Below, one piece after another: positions 31,394-32,000 of a stretch of DNA of 32,000 bases. Origin of the DNA: Horticoccus luteus (GTDB lineage: Bacteria > Verrucomicrobiota > Verrucomicrobiia > Opitutales > Opitutaceae); contig NZ_CP080507.1 of assembly GCF_019464535.1 (NCBI RefSeq), forward strand, positions 3,510,001-3,542,000, in the 5' to 3' direction. A program made the translations under genes and the position numbers. Position 1 is the stretch's first letter; each line of letters starts with the position of its first letter. The notes beneath the pieces were generated by a model, which worked only from the letters and a program-made list of their open reading frames with translations, did no database searches and had not been told where the DNA came from.

Positions 31394-32000
31394 ATGTCCG
31401 CCGCGCCTGCCCAGTTGCCGTTCTTTCACCTCGTGAGCTTTACGGGGCATCGACAGCTTGCCGACCCGGCAGCCGTGGGCGCATTGCTCCGCCAGGAGCT
31501 GGCCGCCCTGCGTCGCGAATCGCCGGGCGAATGGATCGCCCGCTCCTCCGCCGCGGCTGGCGCCGACCTCCTGTTCGCTCGCACCGCTTTGGACCTTGGA
31601 CTCGGCTGGGAAGTCACGCTGCCGCTCCCTATCGGGGATTTTCAGCAGGATTTCGCGCCCGAGGACTGGCGCGAAGTGCGCGCCACCCTTGACCGCGCCG
31701 AACTGATCGAAGTCGTCGCCGAGCCAGGCTCGCGTGAGGAAGCGTATCTTACCGCTGGCTACGAACTCGTGCACCGCTGCGATGTGCTCCTCGCCGTGTG
31801 GGACGGCCTGCCCGCGCGCGGCAAAGGCGGCACGGGCGACATCATCGCTTATGCGCGGGCGATGGACGTGCCGCTCGTCATCATCAACCCGCTCGATCTT
31901 TCCGTCCGCCGGGAGAATTTCGCCGCGCTCCGCCTCCACGATGCGCACCTGCGTTTCCTTAACGCCGTGCCCGGTCCGGCCACGGCAGACAACGCCGATG
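31394..32000 (+). CDS. 5' part of a gene encoding a SLOG-fold (YpsA/DprA/LOG-like, cluster-4-like) domain protein; 3' end outside the window
   Basis: My own translation runs from ATG 31394 and stays open to the window end (202 codons): MSAAPAQLPFFHLVSFTGHRQLADPAAVGALLRQELAALRRESPGEWIARSSAAAGADLLFARTALDLGLGWEVTLPLPIGDFQQDFAPEDWREVRATLDRAELIEVVAEPGSREEAYLTAGYELVHRCDVLLAVWDGLPARGKGGTGDIIAYARAMDVPLVIINPL... It is not in the track because there is no in-window stop. The motif order is GHR.L / S..A.GAD..A...AL / V.LP.P / Y...G......D.LLAVWDG....G.GGT. This parallels YpsA-type SLOG domains. Confidence 0.6.
   Translation, partial: MSAAPAQLPFFHLVSFTGHRQLADPAAVGALLRQELAALRRESPGEWIARSSAAAGADLLFARTALDLGLGWEVTLPLPIGDFQQDFAPEDWREVRATLDRAELIEVVAEPGSREEAYLTAGYELVHRCDVLLAVWDGLPARGKGGTGDIIAYARAMDVPLVIINPLDLSVRRENFAALRLHDAHLRFLNAVPGPATADNAD

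Noticed and set aside
31289-31948. 219-aa minus-strand ORF and 112-aa/82-aa plus-strand ORFs overlapping the terminal gene region
   Set aside because: These are out of frame or antisense to the open frame starting at ATG 31394. That frame has SLOG-like motif order and runs uninterrupted to the window end. The alternatives are Arg/Gly-rich.
1-32000. Search for CRISPR arrays, tRNA/rRNA genes, transposases/integrases and known riboswitch cores
   Set aside because: I saw no regularly spaced direct repeats, no T-loop-like ggttcgaatcc-type sequences in intergenic DNA and no recombinase-like ORFs. I also recognised no conserved riboswitch cores (TPP, cobalamin, SAM, glycine, guanidine) in the 5' leaders. 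Visual scanning can miss divergent elements.

Overview
This is a high-GC bacterial chromosomal segment. Hand counts of 60-nt lines give roughly 65-70% G+C over most of it. I support 22 protein-coding genes: 20 complete and 2 cut by the window edges. I found no rRNA, tRNA, CRISPR array, transposase or integrase. All family calls rest on motifs read from the supplied translations; no homology search was possible.

Gene content, 5' to 3':
- A 1585-aa secreted multidomain S1 serine protease (two beta-propeller + Ig units, duplicated C-terminal NLSTRG module). It overlaps a membrane-anchored helical protein by ATGA and is followed by an esterase.
- A DUF885-like metalloprotein.
- Two MDR-family dehydrogenases separated by an unusually long, repeat-rich 392-bp spacer.
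- An SGNH hydrolase, a VOC/glyoxalase-fold protein and a PhyH-type dioxygenase.
- An S9 serine peptidase preceded by a small tail-anchored coiled-coil ORF.
- An ICMT-type membrane methyltransferase and a short GH37 trehalase-like protein.
- A minus-strand glycan-processing run (SGNH esterase, GH88/GH105 unsaturated uronyl hydrolase, DUF4838-like) lying downstream of a 990-aa YdiJ-like FAD/Fe-S oxidoreductase.
- A beta-propeller glycosidase-like protein.

The gene mix and the NLSTRG module suggest a Verrucomicrobiota/Opitutaceae-like glycan degrader, but that is inference only.

The most unusual part is the last ~2 kb. It starts with a strong bidirectional terminator and a locally lower-GC stretch carrying an orphan 85-aa ORF. 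Next is a pRiA4b-ORF3/MM3350-like protein. Divergent from that gene, and truncated by the window end, is a gene whose N-terminus has SLOG-fold (YpsA/DprA/LOG-like) sensor motifs. I flag this as a candidate, incompletely visible, nucleotide-sensing conflict module.

Many long ORFs in the track are antisense shadow ORFs typical of high-GC DNA and were rejected.
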